From assembly GCA_963770895.1 (NCBI GenBank), contig CAVYRF010000002.1, positions 4,608,001-4,672,000 on the forward strand: 64,000 nt of DNA, given 5' to 3'. Position numbers and translations under genes: made by a program. Positions 9,474 through 19,593 of the stretch are shown piece after piece; position 1 is the first letter of the stretch; each line of letters starts with the position of its first letter. The notes below the pieces were generated by a model. The model did no database searches and was not told the DNA's origin. It saw nothing but the letters and a program-made list of their open reading frames with translations. The stretch comes from an uncultured Acidobacteriota bacterium (GTDB lineage: Bacteria > Acidobacteriota > Thermoanaerobaculia > Multivoradales > UBA5704).

Positions 9474-10330
9474 TGGTCCGCTTCCTGGCGTGCCGCGCAG
9501 TGGCGGTAGATGCCGCAGCCTGCCTGTTCGGCGCGCGTCGCGTCTGCGCAACGCTCGCCGCGTTGGCCACGTTAGGCCTGGGCCTGGTGGCGGCAGGTGC
9601 CGCGACCGGCCGGGCCGCCGGCGCGCCGGCGGTCGCGGTCGCGGGTTCTCTGGCGGGGGCCGCGGCAAGCAAGGCGGGCACGCCGGCGGTACCTCAGGCG
9701 GCGACGCCGCCTGGCGGCACGGTGGCAACTGCCGCAACCGCGGCGGCCGCGGCGCTGACGCCGGCGGTTCCCGGTGTGGGGAGCGGCGAACAGGTCGAAG
9801 TCGACCTGCCGCAACACATCGCCTTCGAGGTGACCGACCTGGCCGGCGGCGCCGTCAGCGCCCTGTCGCCGGCACCCATCGCCTTTCGCGGCGCCCGTCT
9901 GGCCCCCGGCCGCGCGCTGCACATCAGCGTGCGCCTGGACACGCCCCTGCCGCCGGGCGCGGTGGTTTCGTTTCGCGGCCGCAACGCCCAGGGCGGCACC
10001 TGCCGCTCCGCCGGCCTGTCCGCCGCCACCTTTACCGAGATCTTCGCCGGCACCGGCAGTGCCAGCGCGGGCGGCTGCCAGCTCGCCTGGACCCTCGCCT
10101 GCGGATCGCGCGTCCACCGCGCCGGGCGCTACGCCCTGACTCTCCGCTGGCGCCTGGAATCCACCCTCTCCGACCGCGCCGCCGCCCTGGCCGCCGCCGG
10201 CGCCAGCCAGGCGCAGCCTGCTGCCCTGGCCGCGCCGTCGCCGCCAGCCCCCGCCCGCATCCCTGTCGCCGCGACGTCCAGAGACGGCGCCGCCGGCTTC
10301 ACCGTCCCCTGGCTCAAGCCGCCGTCCTGA
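9470..10330 (+). CDS. Second pilin-like subunit with Ala/Pro-rich extensions
   Basis: ATGA overlap with the upstream stop; segment LPQHIAFEVTDL...RAGRYALTLRW resembles the 6003 protein (VPATVTFNVGDV...RAGNHTLVINW). Confidence 0.6.
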   Translation: MMVRFLACRAVAVDAAACLFGARRVCATLAALATLGLGLVAAGAATGRAAGAPAVAVAGSLAGAAASKAGTPAVPQAATPPGGTVATAATAAAAALTPAVPGVGSGEQVEVDLPQHIAFEVTDLAGGAVSALSPAPIAFRGARLAPGRALHISVRLDTPLPPGAVVSFRGRNAQGGTCRSAGLSAATFTEIFAGTGSASAGGCQLAWTLACGSRVHRAGRYALTLRWRLESTLSDRAAALAAAGASQAQPAALAAPSPPAPARIPVAATSRDGAAGFTVPWLKPPS

Positions 10331-10489
10331 CCGCGCGCGAGGCGGCGAGCGCAGTCTGGCAGGGCCGCGCAAGGCCAGCGTTATAGTCACCGGCAGCGTC
10401 CGGCCTCGGTGGTGCTGCTATCCTTGCGCGACCGTGTCTGACCGCCGGCCCGTCTCCGGCGCGGTGGGAGGGGTACGCACAGCCACCTC

Positions 10490-12478
10490 ATGATCGATCT
10501 CCAGGATCTCCAGCTGCGCGAAAGCGAGCAGACCGAATGGAAGGAGAACGTCGCCGACATCGACGACGTGGTCGAGACTCTCGCAGCCTACGCCAACGAC
10601 CTCGCCAACCTCGGCGGAGGTTATGTGGTGTGTGGAGCACGCGAGGTCAAGGACGCCCACGGCTTCCCAAAGGTAGAGAGGGTGGGGCTGCAGGCAGCAA
10701 GGCTCAAAGAGGTGCAAGGCACGGTAATGACCCGCTGCCGGGAGCGCGTATCGCCGCCGATCACGCCGCTCGTGGAGGTGCTGCCTGGAGCCACGGACGA
10801 GGCAAAGATCCTGGCGTTCGTGCAACCTGCGACTGGTCAAGCACAGACCTTCCGCCGCGGTGATCATGGAGCCAAGCATTTCGTGCGGGTCGGGCACTCC
10901 ACGATCGAAGCTCGCAACGGCGTGCTGCGTGACCTCCTGGTGCGCAAGGGTGCACTTGAGCCGTGGGATCGCCGCCCGTGCGCGGGAGCGACGACCGCCG
11001 ACTTGGACCTGCTGGCGTTGCGCGACGCCCTTCAGCGGATGGCCTCGTTCCACGTCGATCGGGGCGTCGAAGGCTATCTCTCGGACGAGGTCCAGCTCAG
11101 TCCATTCGTGCCGCCGCTGTGCGCCCGCGAAGCGCTGACGGGCACCCTGCGTCCGCGCAATTTCGCTCTGCTGCTCTTCGGCCGCGAGACGCAACGCTGG
11201 GTGCCGGGCGCGTTCAGTATCTTCTCAATCTATCCTGGGGTGGACCGGTCTGACTCGCATGCCGAGCGGCATGAGCTGGCCGGGAACCTATTAGAGCAGG
11301 CGCGGCGGCTTCGCCAGCTCCTCGACGTGCAGTCATATGCCGCCTTCGACAAAACCGACCCGGCGTCACCTAACGCCCTAACGTACCCGCAGCGCGCCCT
11401 CTACGAAGCGATGGGCAACGCGCTCGCGCACCGGGACTACGAACTCGTCGATCCGACGCGGGTCACCGTCTTCGCCGACCGGCTCGAGATCCTCTCGCCG
11501 GGCTCCCTGCCCCCGGGCGTCGAGGTCACGGCGTTCCGCGAGGGACGCGCGGGAGCGAGGTGGCGCAACCAGGCCCTCGCCTGGTTCCTGAGCCGCCTGC
11601 AGTTCGCACAGGCGGAGGGACAGGGCATTCCGACCATCCTCCGTGTCATGCGCGAGGAAGGCAGTCCGCCTCCTGTCTTCGAGGTGAACGGCACGCGAGT
11701 TGTCTGCATCTTGCCTGCACATCCTCGGCATGCCCTCCTGCAGGAGCTGCGCGGCTCCGAGCAAGCGCTGGCCCTCGGCGAATTCCGCCAGGCGCAAGCT
11801 CAGGTACAGCAGGTACTTACCCAAGATCCGCTCAATTACCGCGCACTGCAGCTGCTGGCCGAGGTGCAGCACGCTCTGCACGACCCCGCACCGGTGGTGG
11901 CAGCCGTGTCTCGGCACCTCGAACGTATGGCGGGAATGCCTTCCACGGTCTTGATTCAGCTGGCGGAAGCGCTGACTGTCGGTGACGATACCGCGGAGGC
12001 GAACCGCATCCTCTCCCGCAAGCTACTGGGATTCGCGGTGCGGGCGCGTCTCGAAGAGCGCGAGCTTCGGCGGATCGCCGTGGCCCTCCTCCGGGCTCAG
12101 GATGCCCAAGCTGCCCTGGATCTGCTTGATTTGCAGTTGAGTGAGCACCCGGAATGGAGGCAGAGCGCATCCCTGCACCAGCTGCGCGGGGATGCCATGC
12201 TCGGCCTCGCAAAGCGCTGCCGGGTGACCGCGAGGAACCACGACCTGAAACCGGCCACCCGACAGCGCGCTTGGCGCGAGTTCCACGCCCATCTCGATGC
12301 AGCGGAGCATGAGCTACGCGAGGCCCTCGCTCTTTCCGTCGACACCGGCTTGAATGAGCTGATCGACCGTAACCTTGGCTTCCTCGACCGCTTCCGGCGA
12401 GAGAACCAGCCTTCACGTTCCTCCACCGAGCGCCGGCAGCGCAACGGGTCCGGCCACACTAATGGCCGTAGGCGCTGA
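10490..12478 (+). CDS. AlbA_2 (Schlafen-like) domain + RecG-C/HATPase_c_4 domain + C-terminal TPR-like helices
   Basis: N-terminal ESEQTEWKE...LAAYANDLANLGGGYVVCG; YPQRALYEAMGNALAHRDY, LEILSPG, RNQALA, AEGQGIPTI; helical C-terminus. Confidence 0.85.
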   Translation: MIDLQDLQLRESEQTEWKENVADIDDVVETLAAYANDLANLGGGYVVCGAREVKDAHGFPKVERVGLQAARLKEVQGTVMTRCRERVSPPITPLVEVLPGATDEAKILAFVQPATGQAQTFRRGDHGAKHFVRVGHSTIEARNGVLRDLLVRKGALEPWDRRPCAGATTADLDLLALRDALQRMASFHVDRGVEGYLSDEVQLSPFVPPLCAREALTGTLRPRNFALLLFGRETQRWVPGAFSIFSIYPGVDRSDSHAERHELAGNLLEQARRLRQLLDVQSYAAFDKTDPASPNALTYPQRALYEAMGNALAHRDYELVDPTRVTVFADRLEILSPGSLPPGVEVTAFREGRAGARWRNQALAWFLSRLQFAQAEGQGIPTILRVMREEGSPPPVFEVNGTRVVCILPAHPRHALLQELRGSEQALALGEFRQAQAQVQQVLTQDPLNYRALQLLAEVQHALHDPAPVVAAVSRHLERMAGMPSTVLIQLAEALTVGDDTAEANRILSRKLLGFAVRARLEERELRRIAVALLRAQDAQAALDLLDLQLSEHPEWRQSASLHQLRGDAMLGLAKRCRVTARNHDLKPATRQRAWREFHAHLDAAEHELREALALSVDTGLNELIDRNLGFLDRFRRENQPSRSSTERRQRNGSGHTNGRRR

Positions 12479-12506
12479 GCTGATTACGGTGTCCGATGTT
12501 TCGGAT

Positions 12507-12541
12507 AGGCCGAGGCAGCGCGAGGCTTAGGGCCTCGGCCT
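12507..12541. terminator. Hairpin downstream of the AlbA_2 gene
   Basis: aggccgaggc ... gcctcggcct, 10-bp inverted repeat with a 15-nt loop; weak U-tract. Confidence 0.3.
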
Positions 12542-12594
12542 CCTTCCAGGGCACCTTGAGGTAGTCGAGACGGGAATCCAACCGCGAAGGTTTA

Positions 12595-13059
12595 GTGACA
12601 AGACGTGCACGCACCCCTGGGGCCGCGTGCATAAGTGTTCGTGTCCGCTTACGAGGACGGAAGTCGAGTCCGCAGGGTTACCCGGAGGCACCCCGGACCA
12701 TTGGCGAGCATCTCCGGCGGGCGCGCCTTGACCGCGGCCTCGGCCAGAGACACGCGGCCCGCGAGATCGGCTGCTCGCAGGCGAGCCTCGCGAGTTGGGA
12801 GGCGGGGCGGGGCGCGCCGGGGCTGCGCTTCCTGCCCGGCATCCTGGCCTTCCTCGGGTACGACCCGCGGCCGGAGCCCGAAACCTTCGGCGGGCGGGTA
12901 AGGGCCGCGCGGGAGGGGAAGGGACTCTCCGCGGCAGCACTGGCCCGCCGGTTCGGTCTCGACCCATCGACCGTCTCTGCCTGGGAGCGCGACGAGATCA
13001 AACGGCCATGCCCCCGCATCCGGCGGGTCTTCGAGCGCTGGCTCGGAGGCGAGCCCTAG
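12595..13059 (+). CDS. Tandem double XRE-family helix-turn-helix domain spanning attL
   Basis: Two HTH_3-like units (IGEHLRRARLDRGLGQRHAAREIGCSQASLASWE; FGGRVRAAREGKGLSAAALARRFGLDPSTVSAWE). The track's GTG start at 12595 lies outside the element, left of the att core. Confidence 0.75.
   Translation: MTRRARTPGAACISVRVRLRGRKSSPQGYPEAPRTIGEHLRRARLDRGLGQRHAAREIGCSQASLASWEAGRGAPGLRFLPGILAFLGYDPRPEPETFGGRVRAAREGKGLSAAALARRFGLDPSTVSAWERDEIKRPCPRIRRVFERWLGGEP
12607..12641. other. attL site
   Basis: B arm gcacgcac, core with central TG (12618-12619), P' arm tgcataagtgttcg. Confidence 0.8.
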
Positions 13060-13247
13060 TCCTCCATCCCCAAGATTCGCCGGAGCCCTTCCCGGAGGAT
13101 CTCCGCCTCCGTGCGGCGCTCGGCGTAGGCCCTTTCCCGGAGCGCTTCGGCCTCGTCCGGGTGAAGCCAGACATTCTTGCGGATCATGCCCGTCTTCGAG
13201 ACCGTGGTTTCGCCGCCGCGCGGTCCGAGGCGCTTCTTCTCGTTCAT
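13056..13247 (-). CDS. Small ribbon-helix-helix (CopG-like) DNA-binding protein
   Basis: MNEKKRLG...RKNVWLHPDEAEALRERAYAERRTEAEILREGLRR shows a beta strand plus two helices. Its stop overlaps the HTH stop in the palindrome CTAG (13056-13059). Confidence 0.7.
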   Translation of the reverse strand: MNEKKRLGPRGGETTVSKTGMIRKNVWLHPDEAEALRERAYAERRTEAEILREGLRRILGMED

Positions 13248-13464
13248 CCCCAGAACATAGTGAAGCCCCACAAACCCATCGGCGCCGGCTTTCCGAGCTG
13301 CCCCTAGAGTTCCCGCGCGCGAGACGCAGGAATCCTCGCCCACCTGTTCAGGCTCGATCCGCCGCCGCAGTGCCTCGGGAGCGCGGCGCGATCCGGCGCT
13401 TCCATCGGTGCACCTGTTAGGGGTTCCGGGTGCTGCCTCGCCTCGCTCTGGTAGCCCCGCCCCG

Positions 13465-13650
13465 TTATTCCTCGTCGAGGCGACTGGTGTTTGCGGGCGA
13501 ACCTCTGACGGTCAGTAGGGTTGACGGTCTCGCTCCTTCGAGCGCCCGGCAGCCTGGGCAGATTCCGAGGTGGTGCGCCACCCGTTCCACCTCAGCGACT
13601 CTCGCCCCGGCCGTGCGCAGAAGTTCCGCCTCGGAGAGATGCGCTGTCAT
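13465..13650 (-). pseudogene. Truncated N-terminal fragment of an HxxxCxxC/TPR family gene
   Basis: MTAHLSEAELLR...EVERVAHHLGICPGCRA aligns by eye with PHVSKKDLLR...EVARLAAHLAGCAACRS of the 27640 protein, then similarity is lost. Confidence 0.6.
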
Positions 13651-13799
13651 TCTTTCTCGCTCTTAAATGCGAATGCCCGCCACGACATTTTAGGCTACCT
13701 CCAAGTACGAGTCACTGTAGATTGCCGAAGTTACGGAGAGGCTGCTTCGCACTTCGAGATGAAAGGCCGCGGGCCGTCCGTACCTACTAAAAATTTGGA

Positions 13800-13829
13800 T
13801 TGACGCAGCTGCGCTGATACCGGTAGGCT
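13800..13829 (+). promoter_or_regulatory. Candidate sigma70 promoter for the surface-protein operon
   Basis: TTGACG (13800-13805), 18-nt spacer, TAGGCT (13824-13829), with an A/T-rich UP-like tract upstream. Confidence 0.35.
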
Positions 13830-13960
13830 GTATTCAGTTTAGAGCTTCAGACGCCGGAATTAGCAAACGCGCGGGCGTGGCGCTTGACCGCTGCCGAGAA
13901 CGTACTTGGCGGCCAGCGCCAGATCGTCCGAGGTTTCTCACTGACTTGCCGGAGGTGGTA

Positions 13961-16900
13961 ATGCGGCACGTGGTTCGAGCGCCTGTGCGGTTCCGAATCG
14001 GTATATCGGGTGCGGCCCGAGCCGGCAGGAGGCTCGTTTTCGCAGCATGCTCCCTCGCAGCTCTGGCCACCACCGCGCTGGCCGCCCAGACCGTGACGCT
14101 TCAGGCGAGCGCCGACACCACTCTTAAGCAGGGCAGTCCTAACAAGAGCTTTGGCGGTGAGACGACCCTGACCATCAAGGAAGGCGGCAGCCGCGTGCTC
14201 CTCCGGTTCGACGGAGCCGCCATCGCTGCGACGGTGGGCAGCGACAGCCTGGCCTCGGCAGCACTTCAAGTCTACGTGGGCGCCAATGCAGCGAATTGGG
14301 GCGCCACGGGCCGCACCGTGGACATCTATCAGCTTACCTCAGCGTGGACGGAGGCTGGAGCGACCTGGAACTGCGCCGCCGATCCGAACCCTGGGCATGC
14401 CGGCGCCGGCTGCACGAGTCCCTGGTCCGGTGGCACCCCCGCACAGGGCGCCAACGGCGCGAGCGGCGACGGCGAGCCGACCGACACGGCGCTCATCACG
14501 AACGGCACAAGCGGCTGGGTGACGTTCGACGTGACCTCGGATGTCGCGGCGTTTCTCACCGGCACGCCGAATAACGGATGGCTTCTCCAGAAGACGGACG
14601 AGGGCCAGGCGGGTCGGATCGATCTGGTCTCGCGGGAAGGAACGGCGGGCCTCGCTCCGCGGCTCATCCTCGTGAGCCAAAGCGCCACCTCCGATGCGGT
14701 GCCGCCGTCACTCGCCATTGTTTCGCCGTCAGAGCCGGTCTTGGTGAACGTGCCCGCACCGGCGGTCGGCCTCGCCTATCAGGACCCCGGCTCGGGCGTC
14801 GACACCTCGACACTTCGAGTCGCAATCGACGGTCAGGATTTCAGCTCGGGATGCAGCATCGGAGCGCAGGCGGCGAGTTGTCAGGCGCCTGTGCTGGCTG
14901 CCGGCGCGCACACCATTACGGCGAGCCTGAAAGATCACGCGGGCAACCTCGCCACGGCCACGAGTAGCTTCCAGCTGCTCCTCGGTCCCGGCATCTCGAC
15001 CCTCACCTTCCCGGTGAGCACCGACACCTTCATCACCGCCAAGAGCCCCGACCGTGAGCACGGGCGCGCCGCCGTGCTGCGGGTCGAAAAGAGCGGCCCG
15101 AGCCGGGCGCTGGTCGGGTTCGACCCCGGAAGCCTCGCGGCCGCGGTGGCCGGGAACCAGGTGCTGGCGGCCCAGCTTCAGCTCGGCGTCGCCGCGAATG
15201 CCAAGAATTGGGGAAGTGCCGGGCGCACCATCGGCGCCTACCGGCTGACCACGGCCTGGTCCGAGGCGGCGGCCACCTGGGACTGCCCGGCCGATACCAA
15301 CTTGGACAATGCCACACCCGACTGCGCGGCACCGTGGAACGGCGGCTCGTTCGTGGCCGCGCCAACGGCAACGGCGCTCATCACGCGGCAGACGACAGGG
15401 AGCGTGAGCTTCGATGTGACCACCGATGTGACCGCCTTTCTCGCCGGCACCGCGAACGACGGATGGCTGATCGGGAAGACCGACGAAGGGCTCGCCGGGC
15501 GGATCGATTTCACCTCGCGCGAGGCGAGCTCCGGCCAAGCGGCGCAGCTCATCGTTCAGGTCCAGGTCCCGGCGCCGCTGCCAACGGTTGCAATCACCTC
15601 GCCGCTCGACGGCTCCTACTCGCGCACGGCGAACGTCCAGGTCACCGGGCAGGCGGGCGGCTCCGCGACCAGCGTGTCGGTGAACGGCCAGGTGGCAACG
15701 CTCGGTCAGGGCGGCACCTTTACCACGCAAGTCACCTTGATCCCAGGTGCGAACTCGATCGTCGCAGTCGCCTCCGACGCTGCCGGAAACCAGGCGACGG
15801 CCACGGTCAGCGTCATTCTCGACACCACGCCTCCGGCCGTGACGCTGACCTCGCCGCTGCCCGGAGCCATCACGAACCAGCCGCAGGTCGTGGTCTCCGG
15901 CACTGCGCTCGACGACAACGGCGTCGCCTCCCTCACGGTTGCCGGCCAGGCGGTTGCGCTCTCGGGCAGTCAGTTCTCAACCACGGTCCAGCTGGCTGCG
16001 GGATCGAACCCGATCACGGTCACCGCCACCGACTTGGCGGGCAACACAGAGACCGTCTCGGTCACCGTGACGCAGTTCAGCGTGCCGGTCGTCTCGATCA
16101 CGGCGCCGGCCGACCTGAGCTATGTGAACGCCACGACGGTTACCGTGAGCGGCACCGCCACCGGCGCCACGAGCCTCAGCGTGAACGGCGTGGCCGCGGT
16201 GCTCTCGGCCTCTGGCTTTACCGCCACCGGCGTGCCGCTCATCGAGGGCGGCAATACGCTGACCGCCACGGCTACCGACGGTCAGGGCCACGTGGGGATC
16301 GCAAGCATCAACGTAGTGCGCGACCTGACGCCGCCGCATGTCGCGATCTATACCCCGGCCGCCGGCGCCGCGATCACCGGCTCGTCGGTCACCGTGTCGG
16401 GCCTCGTGAACGACATCGTGGCCGGCACGGTGAACACGAGCAATGCGACGGTGACCGTGAACGGCATTCCGGCGACGGTCGCCAACCGCTCCTTTATAGT
16501 CCCCAATGTGCCGCTGCAACCGGGCAGCAATATCCTGACGGCCGTGGCGGTCGATGCCGCCGGCAACCAGGCACAGGCAACGGTCACGGTGCGCCAGATG
16601 ACCCCGGCCGGTGCGCGCATCGCGGTGGCGGCCGGCAACGGCCAGAGCGCGCCGATGGCGACGCCGTTGCCGCAGCCCCTGGTGGCCGTGCTGCTCGACG
16701 TTTCCGGGCAGCCGGTCGTGGGCCGGCAGGTGCTCTTTCAGGCCGTTGGCACCGACGGTACCTTCGACAACGGGCGGCGCACCTATGCCGTGACGAGCGA
16801 TGTTTCGGGCCAGGCCACGGTGCACTTTACGGTGGGAAGCCATGCCGGCGCTGGCAACCAGATGGTGAAGGCGTCGGCGCCCGGCTTCAGCGGGCCGGCG

Positions 16901-18565
16901 CAGTTCGTGGCCAGCGCGCAGCCGGGAACCCCGGCGCTCCTCGTGGTCGATTCGGGTGACCAGCAGCAGGGCGTCGCTGGCCAGGCCCTGCCGCTGCCCC
17001 TCGTGGCAGTCGTGGTCGATGCCGGCGGCAACCGTCTGGCCGGCGTCGCGGTGACGCTCAAGGTGGCGAAGGGGGCCGGCACCTTCACGAACGGCCAGCC
17101 GACGCTCTCCTTGGCATCCGATACCGACGGCCGGCTCATTGCCTCGTTCATCACCGATCCCGCGGAGGGAGTGGCCAATAACGTCGTGGAAGCGACGATT
17201 GACGCTCTGCCCGCCGGGCCGGTGGTGAGCTTCACCGCCTCCGCGCTCGCAGCCTACGACCCGGCGCTCACCGCGATCAGCGGCGTCGTGCTCGACAACA
17301 GCAACCAGCCGGTGCCGGGAGCCACCCTCCGCATCCTCGGCACGGCGCTCACTACCGAGAGCGACCCGCAGGGCCTCTTCCAGCTCACAGCAGTACCCGC
17401 CGGCACGCTCCAACTCGTCGTGGACGGCACGACCGTCCAGCGTCCCGGCTCCTGGCCACAGCTGGAGTTCAACCTGACCCCCGTACCCGGCCGTAACAAC
17501 TCTCTCCGCATGCCCGTCTACCTGCTACCGCTGAACCTCGAAAACGGCATCGTCGTGGACGAGACGCACGGCGGCACGCTGACGCTGCCGGAGTTGCCGG
17601 GCTTCGCCCTCACTGTCCAGCCGGGATCGGTCACCTATCCCGGCGGGGGCAGGAGCGGCACCGTGAGCGTGACCGTGGTGCACAGCGACAAGGTGCCGAT
17701 GGTGCCGAACTTCGGCCAACAGCCGCGCCTCATCGTCACCATTCAGCCGGCGGGAGCGCAGTTCAATCCGCCCGCGACGATCAGCATGCCGAACGTCGAG
17801 GGATTACCGGCCGGCAAGATCACCGAGTTCTACTCCTTCGACCACGACCTCGGCCACTTCGTGAGCATCGGCCCCGGCACCGTGAGCGACGATGGCACGG
17901 TCATTACCTCGAACGCGGGGGTCGGCATCGTCAAAGCCGGATGGCACTGCGATGGCTCCCCGCAGGCTGCCGGCTCGCCGAATGCCTGTCCAACCTGCAC
18001 GCAATGCACAGGTAGCCAGTGCGCTCCCCAACCGCTCTGCCAGGCTTGTGGATCTAATGGTTCGCAGATGGCTTGCGACGGACAGGGGAGCTGCGATACC
18101 GGGCTTCAGTTGCTTCCTCAGATTTGCAGCCAGGTCAGCATGATCTCGTCTCAGCAGCAAAGCGTCCCCTGTAGCGCATATACAGGCGCCGTACCAGGAT
18201 CAACTTGTGGCGCTGGCATACAGATTCTCTATCAAACCCTCAAGGTGGCAAACTGCAATGGCGTAGATCTCGCCGGAGCAACTGTTCACGAAATTGTCAC
18301 AAGCGACCAAGGCTGCACTCGCCAAAAGCTAAATACAGGCTCGTGCACCGTCTCGGCGGGCAACCACATTGGCCAACCTGGGCATGATTGCCAGGACAAT
18401 TACTTCCTTTGCACTCCGCCCGGCGGATTCACGAGAACGGGGAGTTGCACGCAACACTACACCCAACAGATTTACGTTGGACCGTGTCTCGTGGAGACGC
18501 ATCTGATCACCATCCACTTCGAGGCTAGCCCTACCGGTTGCAGTGCTACGGCAACGAGGAATTGA
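13961..18565 (+). CDS. Giant secreted protein: two DNRLRE-like domains, Ig-like repeats, carboxypeptidase-regulatory-like domain, Cys-rich variable C-terminus
   Basis: RBS GGAGGT before ATG 13961; signal peptide; two repeats of DT...R.L..FD...W.E..ATW.C...FDVT.DV.AFL.G..N.GWL..KTDE...SRE; many D.AGN/DTTPP Ig repeats; about 20 Cys after KAGWH. Confidence 0.85.
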   Translation: MRHVVRAPVRFRIGISGAARAGRRLVFAACSLAALATTALAAQTVTLQASADTTLKQGSPNKSFGGETTLTIKEGGSRVLLRFDGAAIAATVGSDSLASAALQVYVGANAANWGATGRTVDIYQLTSAWTEAGATWNCAADPNPGHAGAGCTSPWSGGTPAQGANGASGDGEPTDTALITNGTSGWVTFDVTSDVAAFLTGTPNNGWLLQKTDEGQAGRIDLVSREGTAGLAPRLILVSQSATSDAVPPSLAIVSPSEPVLVNVPAPAVGLAYQDPGSGVDTSTLRVAIDGQDFSSGCSIGAQAASCQAPVLAAGAHTITASLKDHAGNLATATSSFQLLLGPGISTLTFPVSTDTFITAKSPDREHGRAAVLRVEKSGPSRALVGFDPGSLAAAVAGNQVLAAQLQLGVAANAKNWGSAGRTIGAYRLTTAWSEAAATWDCPADTNLDNATPDCAAPWNGGSFVAAPTATALITRQTTGSVSFDVTTDVTAFLAGTANDGWLIGKTDEGLAGRIDFTSREASSGQAAQLIVQVQVPAPLPTVAITSPLDGSYSRTANVQVTGQAGGSATSVSVNGQVATLGQGGTFTTQVTLIPGANSIVAVASDAAGNQATATVSVILDTTPPAVTLTSPLPGAITNQPQVVVSGTALDDNGVASLTVAGQAVALSGSQFSTTVQLAAGSNPITVTATDLAGNTETVSVTVTQFSVPVVSITAPADLSYVNATTVTVSGTATGATSLSVNGVAAVLSASGFTATGVPLIEGGNTLTATATDGQGHVGIASINVVRDLTPPHVAIYTPAAGAAITGSSVTVSGLVNDIVAGTVNTSNATVTVNGIPATVANRSFIVPNVPLQPGSNILTAVAVDAAGNQAQATVTVRQMTPAGARIAVAAGNGQSAPMATPLPQPLVAVLLDVSGQPVVGRQVLFQAVGTDGTFDNGRRTYAVTSDVSGQATVHFTVGSHAGAGNQMVKASAPGFSGPAQFVASAQPGTPALLVVDSGDQQQGVAGQALPLPLVAVVVDAGGNRLAGVAVTLKVAKGAGTFTNGQPTLSLASDTDGRLIASFITDPAEGVANNVVEATIDALPAGPVVSFTASALAAYDPALTAISGVVLDNSNQPVPGATLRILGTALTTESDPQGLFQLTAVPAGTLQLVVDGTTVQRPGSWPQLEFNLTPVPGRNNSLRMPVYLLPLNLENGIVVDETHGGTLTLPELPGFALTVQPGSVTYPGGGRSGTVSVTVVHSDKVPMVPNFGQQPRLIVTIQPAGAQFNPPATISMPNVEGLPAGKITEFYSFDHDLGHFVSIGPGTVSDDGTVITSNAGVGIVKAGWHCDGSPQAAGSPNACPTCTQCTGSQCAPQPLCQACGSNGSQMACDGQGSCDTGLQLLPQICSQVSMISSQQQSVPCSAYTGAVPGSTCGAGIQILYQTLKVANCNGVDLAGATVHEIVTSDQGCTRQKLNTGSCTVSAGNHIGQPGHDCQDNYFLCTPPGGFTRTGSCTQHYTQQIYVGPCLVETHLITIHFEASPTGCSATATRN

Positions 18566-18568
18566 GCT

Positions 18569-19567
18569 ATGTGCACTTTGCGAGTCGGCTGCCTATTCGT
18601 GCTTGTGCTACTGCTTCATCTGGATGAGGCGGCAGCGATGCATGAGGTACCAAGTCCACCAGCAGGCCAACCCACGAACTGCAATTGGGTGGCGCTCTCT
18701 GCCGACAACCTTCTTGGTCAGCGCCTTGGCACGATCGAGCTTCGCGACGGCGATCTGACCGCGGTATTCGAGCATATCCTTAGCGATCGCGGTGTGCCAG
18801 TGTCCTATATCGAGGCTGAGGATCACCCGCCTATCACACTACGGCTGACAAACCCAACTGTGCGGGAGCTCTTGGACGCTCTGATCTCACAATCGCCAAC
18901 GTACCGCTATGGATTCCTCCATCAGCATCTCGTCTTCTACCCTCGGGTGCCCCCCTACGAATCGCTGCTGGCAGGCATGGTCTTGCCTGCGCTACCGCGC
19001 TTAAGCGCTTCATATCGCATGGTCAAAGAGTTAAAAAAACGGTACAGTGAATTTGCAAAATTGCAGCCGCCGATTTTGGTCGGCGATCCGCAAGATTTTC
19101 TTTTCACTGACGGCGTCATCGTTACCAAGCCCACCAGCGTACTAGACGGTTTGGTACAACTGCTGGGTAATCGGCCATCAGCTTGTTTCAGCGTGACGCA
19201 TAAGAGGTGGACCGGGCTAAGCGTCTCTGAGGGGCTCAGTTATTTGGATCTCTTTTATGTGAGAGTGCTGGAGAAGGTGGAGGTTAAGCCGATCCTGACC
19301 TTGGTTCGCGCAGGAGACGTTATTCCTCTCTCGGTTCGGGCAACGTTTGTCGCCGGTGGCGAGCAGGATGTAACCTCTGCATCTTGTGGGACGACATACT
19401 ACGCTGCCTATCCAGAACGGACCGCGGTTGACGAGAAGGGCGTGATGCGGGCGCTCGCTCCTGGGAATGCGGTTATTGTCGTGAGAAACGAGATGGAGAC
19501 AATTAGCCTGCCATTCACCGTAGTGGCGGGAACGACGGCGACCGCACCGCACCCAGGGACTAAATGA
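18569..19567 (+). CDS. Secreted hypothetical protein with an STN-like region and a C-terminal Big_2 Ig-like domain
   Basis: Starts 3 nt after the upstream stop; signal peptide; PITLRLTNPTVRELLDALI; LSVRATF..G...DVT....GTTY.....VDEKG.MRAL..G; low GC. Confidence 0.7.
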   Translation: MCTLRVGCLFVLVLLLHLDEAAAMHEVPSPPAGQPTNCNWVALSADNLLGQRLGTIELRDGDLTAVFEHILSDRGVPVSYIEAEDHPPITLRLTNPTVRELLDALISQSPTYRYGFLHQHLVFYPRVPPYESLLAGMVLPALPRLSASYRMVKELKKRYSEFAKLQPPILVGDPQDFLFTDGVIVTKPTSVLDGLVQLLGNRPSACFSVTHKRWTGLSVSEGLSYLDLFYVRVLEKVEVKPILTLVRAGDVIPLSVRATFVAGGEQDVTSASCGTTYYAAYPERTAVDEKGVMRALAPGNAVIVVRNEMETISLPFTVVAGTTATAPHPGTK

Positions 19568-19593
19568 AAGCCTTACGGCTATAGCGTGAGCCT

